DNA from: a virus
Lineage: Duplodnaviria > Caudoviricetes
DNA length: 64,000 nt
IMG/VR virus record: IMGVR_UViG_3300038530_002083
Coordinates: 1 to 64,000 of that record
Reading direction: 5' to 3' (one strand)
Part shown: positions 46,788-56,968 of the stretch, piece by piece
Numbering within the stretch: position 1 is the stretch's first letter
Layout: each line of letters starts with the position of its first letter
Notes under the pieces: model-generated
Seen by the model: the letters and a program-made list of their open reading frames with translations, nothing else
What the model was told of the DNA's origin: nothing
The model's database searches: none
Position numbers and translations under genes: made by a program

Positions 46788-48316
46788 TATGCTGCATTCT
46801 CATTATTCCCGTCTGAACTTGCTCCACCAGACTGTGTATTACCTGTGCCAGATGTACCTTGTCCTTCACCAGCACCGCTAGTATCTTCAGTAAGTAGTTC
46901 TAAGAACTCTTCATCGGATAGTTCCTCTAGCATCGATATATCCCAACCCATACTTTCGTAAATAGGTAACAAGAACTTCTTAGTCTTAGGAAGTAATCCA
47001 ACAGAACCGATACGTTGTATAGTCTTACTGATAGTTTCTAAATCAGGCTCGTCTAAGTCACCATATTCAAGTACAGGCATTTCTTCTTGGGTCAAAGATA
47101 AATCATTAATCTCTGCTAACTGCTTGAATAAATCATTTTCTAAGACAGATTTGATAAAGATTAAATGACGCTCCATATAATGTGCATGGAGAGACTGTTT
47201 ACCTGTAGCAAGTGCATAAGAACCAACACCGTCATTACCTAAGTTAAGGAATCCTGCGCCTAGGCTATCTAGTATCTGTTTCTTACGTTCTTGTATAAGC
47301 TCAGTGGTCTTGTAAGACTTACTACCACCCTCTACACCTTGTAGTGTTACATCGTAAGCGCGATGTCCTGAACCACTACCATCAATGGTATCACTACCTA
47401 GTAGCATGTAGGTTTGATCACCTGCATGTACAGAAGCTGCACTTTGTTGCAATCTTGCTAGAGAAGCTGCTTCAGGAGAACTAGAGTCTTCTGCTGCTTT
47501 ATTAATAATATCTGTAGGAACTCGTAGTACAAGCACCCCTGCTAAGTCTTTGGATACCCCTGTAACCTCGTAGCTTGCAATTAGACTTAGTTCTTTATAA
47601 GCCCTGTAACAGCCATTGAGAGGAGATACCCCTTGAGGGTTGTGGTTTTTATTATCCCAAGAGAATAACAAAAACTTGTTACGAGGGAGCTTAATAGGGC
47701 TAGTTCCGTAGTTATTAGACCTTACATAATTTTGATAAGGATTAGCTAGGATTGACTGAGGCCATTGCTCTAAACCTTTAAGCTCTCTAGCATCTTCACC
47801 TAGTAACCAACCCTTGATACTCTTCTGAGAGCGAGGAGCTAATTTCTTAATCTTGTATTTGTAGGGGTAAGAATCACTAGTATTCTTCTCATACACTTTC
47901 TCTAACCAAGAGAAGCCGTATTGTTGGTAGGTGATCATCGCAGTTACGACATCATACCAAGTTTGCCCTACTAGATTTTTTAAGTTCCAGTTTAAAGCTT
48001 TTGCATACTCTACAGACTTAGCGCTGTTAGGGTCTCCCGCCTTGACAGTAATGTTCATCAAAGCTTTAGTAAGGAAAACTTCATTAACAGTTAACCCTGC
48101 TGCTATTGTAGCATTCTGTCTCATCTCATCATATGTTTGTAAGCATCTAGGAAACTGTAGCTCCCTACGAGCTTCTTCTGTAATGATACCTCCGATAGCT
48201 TTAATATACGGAGTACCTACTTCACCTAACCTAAGTCTTTTTGATTCAGAATTAGGATTAGATTCAGCTTTTTTAATCTCTTTTATTTCGTCTGACATAA
48301 TATCCTTAAATTCCAA
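46787..48316 (-). CDS. portal protein
   Basis: YGFSWLEKVY, NPQGVSPL, GSYAL; follows TerL. Confidence 0.85.
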   Translation of the reverse strand: MEFKDIMSDEIKEIKKAESNPNSESKRLRLGEVGTPYIKAIGGIITEEARRELQFPRCLQTYDEMRQNATIAAGLTVNEVFLTKALMNITVKAGDPNSAKSVEYAKALNWNLKNLVGQTWYDVVTAMITYQQYGFSWLEKVYEKNTSDSYPYKYKIKKLAPRSQKSIKGWLLGEDARELKGLEQWPQSILANPYQNYVRSNNYGTSPIKLPRNKFLLFSWDNKNHNPQGVSPLNGCYRAYKELSLIASYEVTGVSKDLAGVLVLRVPTDIINKAAEDSSSPEAASLARLQQSAASVHAGDQTYMLLGSDTIDGSGSGHRAYDVTLQGVEGGSKSYKTTELIQERKKQILDSLGAGFLNLGNDGVGSYALATGKQSLHAHYMERHLIFIKSVLENDLFKQLAEINDLSLTQEEMPVLEYGDLDEPDLETISKTIQRIGSVGLLPKTKKFLLPIYESMGWDISMLEELSDEEFLELLTEDTSGAGEGQGTSGTGNTQSGGASSDGNNENAA

Positions 48317-49712
48317 GTTGACTCTTCAGAGTAGGTGAACTAATATCAGGTAACATTTGGACAGTAACTGCATTACGTGTATTAAGGTAATTGAACCCAG
48401 TAGCGCAAGCGTCCATTGCATCGTCTTTATAAGAGGATGTAGATTTTTCTTCGGGATTAAAGACTTCTAGCTGTGACATTAACCAATCATAAGTAGCAGG
48501 AGTGAATGAATCCCTGACAATGTAGACAAAACCATGTTCACATGCTGTTAAGAAGGGTTCAGCTTTCTCCCCCTTGCGAGATGTATGTCCAGCGGGGTCT
48601 TTCTTAACCTTGTACCCATGTGATAGGAAGAACTTCACTTTATTCTGAAAAGATTCTTTACCTGCTGCCCCTGCATCTTGTGGTATAACTAATTCACAGT
48701 CTTTACCATCATGCATAGCTTGAGTCAGTATTATCTGATCACGTTGTCCTGAGTTCTTTCGAAAACAACCATGTATATCGCTATCATCGTCCCTAAACTC
48801 TCTAACGTAAGAGCCATACAAATAGAAGTTACCTGCTGAGTCTTTCGCTACACCTATACCTACAGTGAAGTCAGGGTAAGTTGTAGGTGTTTTTTCAGAA
48901 GCTGCTAAATCGTAAGACCTAACTCTAACGCACTTAAGAGGTAGAGATTGTACTGGCTTTAACCAATCTCGTTTAAAGTAAAGACCTGTGTTACCTGTAT
49001 CTAACCAACAACCAAGTAATAGTTGTTTACGTTTAATATCAGGAAGTGAGTTTAGTTTGGTCTTGTACTTTGGGTCTAACTCTAATAACTTTTTGTTATC
49101 ATCTAGAGTAGCAGGAATATAAGTATAACTCTGAGGTGTTGCTTCAGGGAAAGCTTCTATTAGGTCTTTCTTATTCCAAGATGTGTACAACCTATCATTG
49201 TCAATAGTATAGTACGCTGTCCTTCCTGAAAGCTTCTTAATTGGATAACCTTCTTCATCTAAGAAGCGTTTAACAAAGTCATACACCCAATGGTTTCTGT
49301 CAGGGTTAAGTGTGGCTCTAAAACCTTTTACTACCTGTGCCCTTGAACGGTTACGAGATAACAATGTATTGAACTGATACCACGACCTGAACTGACACTC
49401 TTCAAAGTATATCTTCGCGTATTCTTGCCCGTAATGATCGTCTGCGTGAGCATCCCTTTCTAGATAACCGAAGAAGGTAACTGCACCACTAGGAAAAGTG
49501 ATAGCGTGGTCTTTCTCGTTTATCTTAGCTGCACCTAACATCTTACCATTACGTTTACCGTTATCAGTAAGAAGAGGCATATAAAGCTTTTTAGCTTCTA
49601 ACCACAGACCTTTATTAATTTCAGTTGTTGTACTACGGAAGAATATAGATACATAATCAGGGTCATGTATGCCTTGAAGATTATCTATTAAAGCGGAGAA
49701 TGTTTTACCACC
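48306..49712 (-). CDS. terL: terminase large subunit, exon 2 (spliced protein 511 aa)
   Basis: GGKT, Walker B IYFEE, ATLNP, YDLA, DDAMDA. Confidence 0.9.
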   Translation of the reverse strand, partial: GGKTFSALIDNLQGIHDPDYVSIFFRSTTTEINKGLWLEAKKLYMPLLTDNGKRNGKMLGAAKINEKDHAITFPSGAVTFFGYLERDAHADDHYGQEYAKIYFEECQFRSWYQFNTLLSRNRSRAQVVKGFRATLNPDRNHWVYDFVKRFLDEEGYPIKKLSGRTAYYTIDNDRLYTSWNKKDLIEAFPEATPQSYTYIPATLDDNKKLLELDPKYKTKLNSLPDIKRKQLLLGCWLDTGNTGLYFKRDWLKPVQSLPLKCVRVRSYDLAASEKTPTTYPDFTVGIGVAKDSAGNFYLYGSYVREFRDDDSDIHGCFRKNSGQRDQIILTQAMHDGKDCELVIPQDAGAAGKESFQNKVKFFLSHGYKVKKDPAGHTSRKGEKAEPFLTACEHGFVYIVRDSFTPATYDWLMSQLEVFNPEEKSTSSYKDDAMDACATGFNYLNTRNAVTVQMLPDISSPTLKSQLGI

Positions 49713-50558
49713 CGAAGCGATTAAATATAAAAGTAATTAGGGTAATTTTCTGATTTTAATCTATAAACTAAACCTTGTCGAGATACATCTAACATCCTAG
49801 CAGCCTCTCTTACACCTGAATACTCGACTCCTTCAACACTAACCGGCTTTCTATTCTGTTTTTGTATCATCAAGTCTTTTTTGTTAGGGTCATTCATAGG
49901 GTTATTATCTGTGGAGAAATGAGTAGGATGGTTATCATGTGCTTTTTTGGAAGCAAATTTACCTAATCTACCGAATTCTCCTCCTAATCTCTGATTATAA
50001 TGAGATTCAGAAGATGCTTCTATTTCAGTTACTAATTGATTTTCTCTTTTGTACGCACTCTCATAAGAGTCGAAAACCTCAAAAGAAAATGTAAAATTAG
50101 TAATATCTTTTTTCAAGTCGTTTCCGAAAGGCGTATCAGATTTAGTGTGTTCCACTATACGTCTTGAAAAATTATTAGTAACACCTATATAGGTTTTTTG
50201 GTTTATATTATTTACTGCTTTATAGACTAAAATCATTATTACCTCAGTTTACTTACTGGTTTATATTTAATCGCTCCTGACTATATCTTCACCTTCATCA
50301 TTACATGCTAAGGGTTAGGCTTTTCCACGCAATAAACGTGTACTCCCTCTAAGGGATAGTCGATGAACCTTGATCATATCTTTACAAGACTTAGACCCTT
50401 GGCTGCTGATTGTACGAATTAAAAGAGTTATTGTCAAGCATTCATACTCTCTTTTCAGGAATATTGTAGCTAACTCTTTTCCGTGCTTTCCAGCAATTAA
50501 CCTAATCTTTTTACTAAAGGATTTCTCCTAAAGTGGGCAATTATAAGACTCTATACTT
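49713..50558 (-). mobile_element. group I intron in terL (846 nt) carrying a GIY-YIG endonuclease
   Basis: P AATTGCTGGAAA, Q AATCAGCAG, R GTTCATCGACTA, S AAGATATAGTC; exon ends in U, intron ends in G; splicing restores GGGAGGGKT. Confidence 0.93.
49721..50236 (-). CDS. intron-encoded GIY-YIG homing endonuclease
   Basis: LVYKAVNNINQKTYIG, R..EH, E, YN..GG; C-terminal NUMOD1/HTH YSGVREAA. Confidence 0.88.
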   Translation of the reverse strand: MILVYKAVNNINQKTYIGVTNNFSRRIVEHTKSDTPFGNDLKKDITNFTFSFEVFDSYESAYKRENQLVTEIEASSESHYNQRLGGEFGRLGKFASKKAHDNHPTHFSTDNNPMNDPNKKDLMIQKQNRKPVSVEGVEYSGVREAARMLDVSRQGLVYRLKSENYPNYFYI

Positions 50559-50687
50559 ACCCGCACCACCACCAAAGAATACTAAGTCTTGTGTCGCTGC
50601 ACAGAAATTATCTTGGTGGGGCTGAAGTTCTATTTTACTCTGAAAGTCAATAAAGGATTTCTCTATAGTTAAAGCTAAATCATCCAT
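50559..50687 (-). CDS. terL: terminase large subunit, exon 1 (43 codons)
   Basis: MDDLAL...LQPHQ (adenine-binding Q)...FFGGGAG. Confidence 0.88.
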
Positions 50688-50689
50688 AA

Positions 50690-51292
50690 CTACTTACCTT
50701 TAGAAGCGTGATACTTTCCTTGGAATGACTTCATCATAACATTTAATGACTTTCTAGAATCTAAGTCAAAACCAAAATCTTTGGCATAGTCTTTCAATTC
50801 TTTTTTAGATTTAATGGTCTTAGCGTATTCGAAGTCAGGGGCATCTGATTCTTCTTTTTCTTCTACTACGACTTCTTTGTCTTCAGGTTCTTCAGGAGAA
50901 TCATTTTCTAGACCTTCACCTTTATCAGTGGAAAGGTCTTGAGTGTAATCTCCTTTAAGGTCACTGCCTTCACCTTTAAGTGTAAAAGAATTCTCTTCAT
51001 CTACTTCCCATAAATAAGCACGTTTAAATGCTAAAGACGGGTAAGTATTATAGACAGAGTTCGCAATAGAAACAATATCTTCTTCAGTAATATCTTTATG
51101 TGACTCTTTAATATAATTGATTAAATCGTACACTGTTGATAGAGTTTTGTCATTATGATTAATTCTGACTAGTTCACCTCTACGGGCAAACTTCTCATTC
51201 CACCAACCTGTAGCTATACCATTTTTACAGTCTTGGTAAAACTCTTTAATAAAGCTAGGCGTACCTAGCGTTGATTTATTTTTAATTGTCAT
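50690..51292 (-). CDS. hypothetical protein with acidic linker and HeH/LEM-like tail
   Basis: KELKDYAKDFGFDLDSRKS. Confidence 0.6.
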   Translation of the reverse strand: MTIKNKSTLGTPSFIKEFYQDCKNGIATGWWNEKFARRGELVRINHNDKTLSTVYDLINYIKESHKDITEEDIVSIANSVYNTYPSLAFKRAYLWEVDEENSFTLKGEGSDLKGDYTQDLSTDKGEGLENDSPEEPEDKEVVVEEKEESDAPDFEYAKTIKSKKELKDYAKDFGFDLDSRKSLNVMMKSFQGKYHASKGK

Positions 51293-51300
51293 TTCCTCTC

Positions 51301-51765
51301 CTATACTTGATAGTTGACCATCATAATATAACGTCCTGTATGGTTTGACATAAAGATACCATCTGGGTCGTTACCTACATAGACAATCACATTAATCTTA
51401 CCTTTAAAATTATAAGGGATATTAAGATCTCCGAATCGCACAATCATGTTTTCTTTAGAGAAGTTAATTGAAGGGGTATCGCTGGATATAGAGTAAGGAC
51501 TATTATCTACCTCTATTACCACCTTATCTACCCCATTGTTCTCAAAATCAAAGAAACCATTAGAGATATTTATACCTTCTTGGTAACTATCCGTTACTTT
51601 GAATTTTATAATAGATATATTATCTCTATTATTGAACCCAAAGTACTGCCCGTTTCCTGCAACTTCAAATTGAGCAGAAGCAATAAGTAATACCTGTTCT
51701 TGGTCGATGTCAGACGGGGCTTCAGTTCCAAATACCCCTAACGACCCCATCTGTCCTAATATCAT
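51301..51765 (-). CDS. hypothetical beta-rich protein
   Basis: Coupled to the upstream giant gene. Confidence 0.6.
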   Translation of the reverse strand: MILGQMGSLGVFGTEAPSDIDQEQVLLIASAQFEVAGNGQYFGFNNRDNISIIKFKVTDSYQEGINISNGFFDFENNGVDKVVIEVDNSPYSISSDTPSINFSKENMIVRFGDLNIPYNFKGKINVIVYVGNDPDGIFMSNHTGRYIMMVNYQV

Positions 51766-54700
51766 TGTGTAACCTCATTTTGAAGAACACCCTCTATCGT
51801 ATCATCTGCCATCACTTTTACGTTAGTTCCCGCAGGAGTTCCGATAAAGTTAAAATTATACACACCATCTTGCCATAAGACATTTTGGTTAAAAATAATT
51901 TTTTCATTATCCATATCTACAACTACCGTTGTATATACTTTGTTCTGCATGTTTTGGTAAGAAACCGATAAGGAAGACTCAATAGTATTAGATACTGCTT
52001 CTACAATTACTGTTCTTGTAACCTCTTGGGCAGCTATCCCTGAACTATTTGTCACATTATAAGTAATACTATATGTACCTACAGTAGAAGTATCTACAGG
52101 ATTAACAACCACCACACTTGAGGTTAAATCCCCATCTACAGAATCTATTGCAGTTACACCAGCGTCCGTATAAGACACACCTTCATTTATTGTGACTACC
52201 GAATCCCCTAATAGTGTAATTATAGGTGGAGTTAGTTCAGCTTCTACGGTAATGGTAACACTATCGCTTGATGTAAGACCTAGGTTATCCGTAACAGTTA
52301 AAGTAAACTCTAAGGTAGTTTGGTTAGTATTTGTTGGGGCAATAAAACTAGGGTTTGCGGTGTTAGCATTGAGTAAACTAACATTCGAGGAGGAAGTTTC
52401 TACCCACTCATAACTAACTATACTTCCATCACTATCACTAGATGAACTTCCATTTAATATTACTTCCGCACCTGCTTGGACTACCCTATCTACCCCTGCA
52501 TTAGCTATAGGAGGTAGGTTAGATATCTCTTGTACAACATTGACTGTTCTGATAACCTCGTCTGCGGAATTTCCTGCTGCATCAGTAACGTTATAAGTAA
52601 CCTGATATGTACCTAATGTAGTAGTATCAATATTATCAAAGACAACTAAGTCATTTGTTATATCTCCATCTACATTATCTATAGCAGTTGCTCCTTGCTC
52701 TGTATAGCTATCATTTAAAATAACTTCAACAGTATTTGCTCCAATTAAAGTTATCACAGGTTTAAGAGTGTCTATTACCTGACCTTCTTCAAAAGTTATT
52801 TGTACATCATCTAAGTCAGAGTTGATCCCATCAAATACTTCACATCTTACTGTTTGTGTAGTCCCTGCTACGGTATTAGGTGGTGTAAAGGTTAAAGTAG
52901 CTGATTCTAAATCAACTTCCCCATTTTCCAATCCTAAATTAGTGCTACCTACTTGTACCCACTTATAGGTAATTAAGTCGTTGGTATCTACATCGGATAC
53001 TACTGCTGTAATACTAAGGCTTTGTCCTGTAGTAGCAGAAAAATCCTCACCTACACTTACTAAAGGAGCGCTATTTAACACAGGCTGGTCAATAACAGTG
53101 ACTTCTAAAACTCTATCTTGAGCAGGTTCAGTATTAAAAGAATGGCTATACGTTAATGTATAAGTTCCATTTGTATCTACATCTACACTACCTGTAGGAG
53201 TTAAATTAGTTACTGTACCATCTGGGTTTACCGCAGACCCTTCAGGAGGGGTAAAAGGTCTTCCTTTTATGTGGGTGATTTTATCTCTATCAGGGTATAA
53301 CTTAATGACAGGTTTATTTACATCTGCTGTAACGTTAATTGCATTAATAATTGGAACAGAAGTGTATACCCCTGTTTGTATCTCCCCTGCATGTGATATA
53401 AATAAACGATTACGTGTTAAATCAAAATACCCTGCTGCGGGTAATGCGTGTAAACCGTCTTTATTACCTATCCCTGCAAGGTTTTTTAACAGCACTTGGT
53501 CATAAGGATAAATATCCCATGTCCCTCTAGTACCTGCTTTAGCCTCTGCTATATCAGCTAAGTCAAAGAACATAACATTGGTGTATCTGTCATCCTCTAT
53601 TGCAGGAGAGTTACCAGCAGAATAGTAATCTCTTTTTTTATACTCATTGGTAGCTTCATCGTAGTACCAAGTTTTGTATTTATATTCTAGACCAAATTTA
53701 ACCCTTGAAGGCTGTACAGTAGCTTCTTCGTAGTAACCTGCTCTTTTACCCCCTACTAAAGAGGATAAAATAACTAGAGTTCTGGTATTTGGTATTACGA
53801 ATGCTGTTATTACTTTACTAGATAAATTCCACCAGTTATTTAAAGTAAACTCACCATTTTCTTTTTGTAGAATTTGGTTGTTATTTAAAGGATAACCTAA
53901 TGCACCGTCATAGGTAGAAGTTATAAAATCATCATACTCATATCTGTCATAAAACTTCTTAGGCTTACCTTCTGAATCGTTTCCTGTAAATGGGTACTCC
54001 ATCACAGTAGGTTGTCCAAAAATAACAGGAGAACCTGCACTACTATTAGGTGTTAACTCTTCTAGATTAAAAGGTCGAATACTAGGGCCGAAATCATGCC
54101 GACTAGATATAGATTCTTGCGGGGCAAATGACAGTATCTCACCACCAAAGAAATCTACTAAATTTTCTGGGGTTTTTATCATTGTACCTGATTGACGGTT
54201 AACTCCTACCATCCCGTAATTAGATTCAATTACAGAGTTAGCAAGGTCACTAGCATCCTCCACTACAATAGTAGAATGTACTCTATTTGTACTTGTATCA
54301 TACCAATTCAAGTGGTTAATAATTAACTTACCATCTTTATGTGCCATACCAACAATACGGAAAAAGTTAGTAGGTACACTTGGGTCTAGTCTTGTAAATG
54401 AGCCATCCACAATATCTCCCGTTATAGATACAGGAGCTTGGATTTCTTCGAGTAAATCAACATCGTCTAATATTGTAGCAGGATTAAATACAGTAGGCAT
54501 TCTATACTCACCTACTACATACTGCCTTTCTATAAATAAGCTCTGTCCATCTTCAGAGATACAAAAACGTCCCCCTGAACCACCTAAAGCTGTGTTATTA
54601 GTAGCTAACGTACCTTCATAATTAAATTGAACATTACTAGCTAAAGGTAAAGTTAAAGGGTCAATCTGAGTAGCTTCACCTACAGAAGCAACAATAACAG

Positions 54701-55760
54701 TTACTGTTACCGTTTGAGCAGCATTACCATTACTATCTGTATGATTATAAGTAAGAGTATACGTTCCCGCTGTGTTAGGATCAACTGTACCCGACGGGGT
54801 AACTGTAACATCAGCATCTAAATCATCAGTGGCTGTAGCGACTGGATAGGTAAAGGAATCACCTTCATTGATGTTATAGGTTGTTTGTGGTGGGTCAAGC
54901 GTTATTTCTGGTGGCAATACACCAGCCTCATTCACATTAACCGTAACCGTAACTGGTGTAGCTGCATTTCCGTCTGAGTCAGTGTGATTATAGGTAAGTG
55001 TATATGTGCCTACAGTCGAAGTGTCTACAGTGCCGCTTGGGGTCACCGCCACATCAGCATCGACATCATCAGTAGCGGTAGCAGTTGGGTAAGTAAATGA
55101 ATCGTTTTGATTGATATCATATGTCGTTTGAGGAGGCGTAAGAGTGATTACCGGCCTAGCGTCAACATATGACTCCCAATGCCCTGTAGAGTTGGGCATA
55201 TTCTTTAGGGTAATGTCGTTACTGCCTATTTGGTCAGGCATGACTAACGAATCACCGTTAGTGCCTTCACCATTGTAGCGGTGTACTGGAATACCGTCTC
55301 GCTCAACCTCAAATAGTTCTATAGCAAGGGGCGCATCAATAGTTGTTTCTAACCCTCTACGCCCTAAAAATCTGATAGATAATTGGTCTGTGAACGCCTT
55401 GGTATCAGCAATAACTCCATTTCTCGATAGAGTTACATTTTGGCCGTCGCTTCGCTCAATTGAATATGTTTCCATGACTGAAAAGTCATAATCGTACATC
55501 GCGCTAGTGTTAAACAATATAGGGTCACTAGCATTTCCATTGAATCTTGATATCGGTGTGGCTATAGCATTTGTTTCAAAAACCCAGTCGCTCGAACCTG
55601 ATGAAGCCGTGCCGAAGATTTCCATATCTTCGTTACCGGACAAGCGGCGAAATCGTATGGTTATTTTGAAATTCTCATTAGCCGCTATATTAATTGGTGA
55701 AGTAAATTCACCATGCTGATTCGTTGTACCTTGTGCATTTAATAAAAGACGTTGCGCCAT
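51762..55760 (-). CDS. giant Ig-like repeat protein (five DUF5011-like, two PKD-like, lectin-like N-terminus); putative virion adhesin/head fibre
   Basis: PVITL..ATATDD.D..VDT...GTYTLTY repeats; NLPPIANAG..LNGSSSSDSDG..YEW. Confidence 0.75.
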   Translation of the reverse strand: MAQRLLLNAQGTTNQHGEFTSPINIAANENFKITIRFRRLSGNEDMEIFGTASSGSSDWVFETNAIATPISRFNGNASDPILFNTSAMYDYDFSVMETYSIERSDGQNVTLSRNGVIADTKAFTDQLSIRFLGRRGLETTIDAPLAIELFEVERDGIPVHRYNGEGTNGDSLVMPDQIGSNDITLKNMPNSTGHWESYVDARPVITLTPPQTTYDINQNDSFTYPTATATDDVDADVAVTPSGTVDTSTVGTYTLTYNHTDSDGNAATPVTVTVNVNEAGVLPPEITLDPPQTTYNINEGDSFTYPVATATDDLDADVTVTPSGTVDPNTAGTYTLTYNHTDSNGNAAQTVTVTVIVASVGEATQIDPLTLPLASNVQFNYEGTLATNNTALGGSGGRFCISEDGQSLFIERQYVVGEYRMPTVFNPATILDDVDLLEEIQAPVSITGDIVDGSFTRLDPSVPTNFFRIVGMAHKDGKLIINHLNWYDTSTNRVHSTIVVEDASDLANSVIESNYGMVGVNRQSGTMIKTPENLVDFFGGEILSFAPQESISSRHDFGPSIRPFNLEELTPNSSAGSPVIFGQPTVMEYPFTGNDSEGKPKKFYDRYEYDDFITSTYDGALGYPLNNNQILQKENGEFTLNNWWNLSSKVITAFVIPNTRTLVILSSLVGGKRAGYYEEATVQPSRVKFGLEYKYKTWYYDEATNEYKKRDYYSAGNSPAIEDDRYTNVMFFDLADIAEAKAGTRGTWDIYPYDQVLLKNLAGIGNKDGLHALPAAGYFDLTRNRLFISHAGEIQTGVYTSVPIINAINVTADVNKPVIKLYPDRDKITHIKGRPFTPPEGSAVNPDGTVTNLTPTGSVDVDTNGTYTLTYSHSFNTEPAQDRVLEVTVIDQPVLNSAPLVSVGEDFSATTGQSLSITAVVSDVDTNDLITYKWVQVGSTNLGLENGEVDLESATLTFTPPNTVAGTTQTVRCEVFDGINSDLDDVQITFEEGQVIDTLKPVITLIGANTVEVILNDSYTEQGATAIDNVDGDITNDLVVFDNIDTTTLGTYQVTYNVTDAAGNSADEVIRTVNVVQEISNLPPIANAGVDRVVQAGAEVILNGSSSSDSDGSIVSYEWVETSSSNVSLLNANTANPSFIAPTNTNQTTLEFTLTVTDNLGLTSSDSVTITVEAELTPPIITLLGDSVVTINEGVSYTDAGVTAIDSVDGDLTSSVVVVNPVDTSTVGTYSITYNVTNSSGIAAQEVTRTVIVEAVSNTIESSLSVSYQNMQNKVYTTVVVDMDNEKIIFNQNVLWQDGVYNFNFIGTPAGTNVKVMADDTIEGVLQNEVTQ

Positions 55761-55775
55761 ATTAATTATACCCTT

Positions 55776-56135
55776 TTAATTAGTTTTGTTACCGCCGAAT
55801 TGTAACCTAGCTACCTTACTGTCATCTCTAGGAGGAGTTTTAGTAGTATTCTCTCCTCTAGATATCTCTTTAGGTGTGTCTTCTTTATCAGACCCGCTAT
55901 CTTTGGGGTTTTCTAGTTTGAGGTTTTCGGTGTGAATATATTTTAGTAAGTCCCAGTATTTATCTAGGTACTTGTTCATCTGAACATCTGAGACTTTATC
56001 ATCCGCCATTTTATTTTCTAAGAAGGTTTTAAATTCTAAAAGACCATTACCTTTACTAAGGGCTTTCTTTATCTCAGAAGATGCTTTTGTTTTATTACGA
56101 GACCCTTTAGGCCTACCACCAAGATTACGTGCCAT
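55776..56135 (-). CDS. terminase small subunit candidate
   Basis: N-terminal GGRPKGSRNK motif; heads the packaging/structural block. Confidence 0.5.
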   Translation of the reverse strand: MARNLGGRPKGSRNKTKASSEIKKALSKGNGLLEFKTFLENKMADDKVSDVQMNKYLDKYWDLLKYIHTENLKLENPKDSGSDKEDTPKEISRGENTTKTPPRDDSKVARLQFGGNKTN

Positions 56136-56321
56136 AAAATAAGTCCTTAATAAAAGAAAGAATAGCAGAGCAGCTTACGTGGAGGAGAAGGAAAACAAGT
56201 AAGCTAGGATAGATTTACGCACTATCCTCCGAAGGAGGGAAGGACTCTGCTAAAGTGTTGTGCAGTTTCGAGACACTGCAAGAGGAAAGGGAGTTCTTGT
56301 TATTGTTTAACACTCCCGAAA

Positions 56322-56397
56322 TGGTAGCGGGTAATGGAATCGAACCATTCTACTCAAGGTTATGAGCCTTGTGAATTCACCAGAATTCTAACCCGCC
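56322..56397 (-). tRNA. tRNA with CAT anticodon (elongator Met or Ile2)
   Basis: 76 nt cloverleaf: GGCGGGT/ACCCGCT, CAAGG-CTCATAA-CCTTG, GTTCGATTC, encoded CCA; lacks initiator hallmarks. Confidence 0.92.
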
Positions 56398-56466
56398 TCT
56401 ATAAAAGCCTCACCTTAGTTAAGCATTGTTAAGAGGCTTGGTGTGCATATTAAGTTTTATGAAAGT

Positions 56467-56589
56467 TTAATCCCAAAGTTCGTCTGATAGTTCTTTGGTA
56501 CAAAAGTCGTACCCTTTCCTAGAAGTAGGATTACTTTCAATAAAAGTAATGGCTTCAGGTGTAGGGTTAATAAAAGTATATTCGTTCAT
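56467..56589 (-). CDS. small hypothetical protein (40 aa)
   Basis: AGGAG RBS, downstream of promoter 56628-56655. Confidence 0.5.
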   Translation of the reverse strand: MNEYTFINPTPEAITFIESNPTSRKGYDFCTKELSDELWD

Positions 56590-56627
56590 AAACTTCTCCT
56601 TAATTAAAACTTTCACTTCATATTAAT

Positions 56628-56655
56628 ATTCTATCATCTATTTTCTAGATTGCAA
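56628..56655 (-). promoter_or_regulatory. sigma70-type promoter
   Basis: TTGCAA-N16-TAGAAT with extended TG. Confidence 0.55.
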
Positions 56656-56737
56656 GAACTTTTTTAATCAATTTTATTAAACCATTGTTCTAATTGATAA
56701 TTTAGTTTAATACTAAAGTTTAAATCTAGTAAATAGA

Positions 56738-56968
56738 TTAGCATTTAATGGTGTTTGCACTACTATCCCATAAACCTACAGGTTGAGGTAATGAAAATGA
56801 GTTAACCGCATCTTCCAAAGACTTAGATTTAAGTTTACCCATTTCTAACCACAACAAAACTTCTGCTGCAATTTCTCGTTCTACATCATTATAATCTAAT
56901 TGTTCACAAAGCTTATCTAATTTATCTTTGCAGTCGTTACATTGTAACATCTTCTCTATTTTGCTCAT
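56738..56968 (-). CDS. hypothetical protein
   Basis: Coupled ORF, CxxC. Confidence 0.55.
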   Translation of the reverse strand: MSKIEKMLQCNDCKDKLDKLCEQLDYNDVEREIAAEVLLWLEMGKLKSKSLEDAVNSFSLPQPVGLWDSSANTIKC

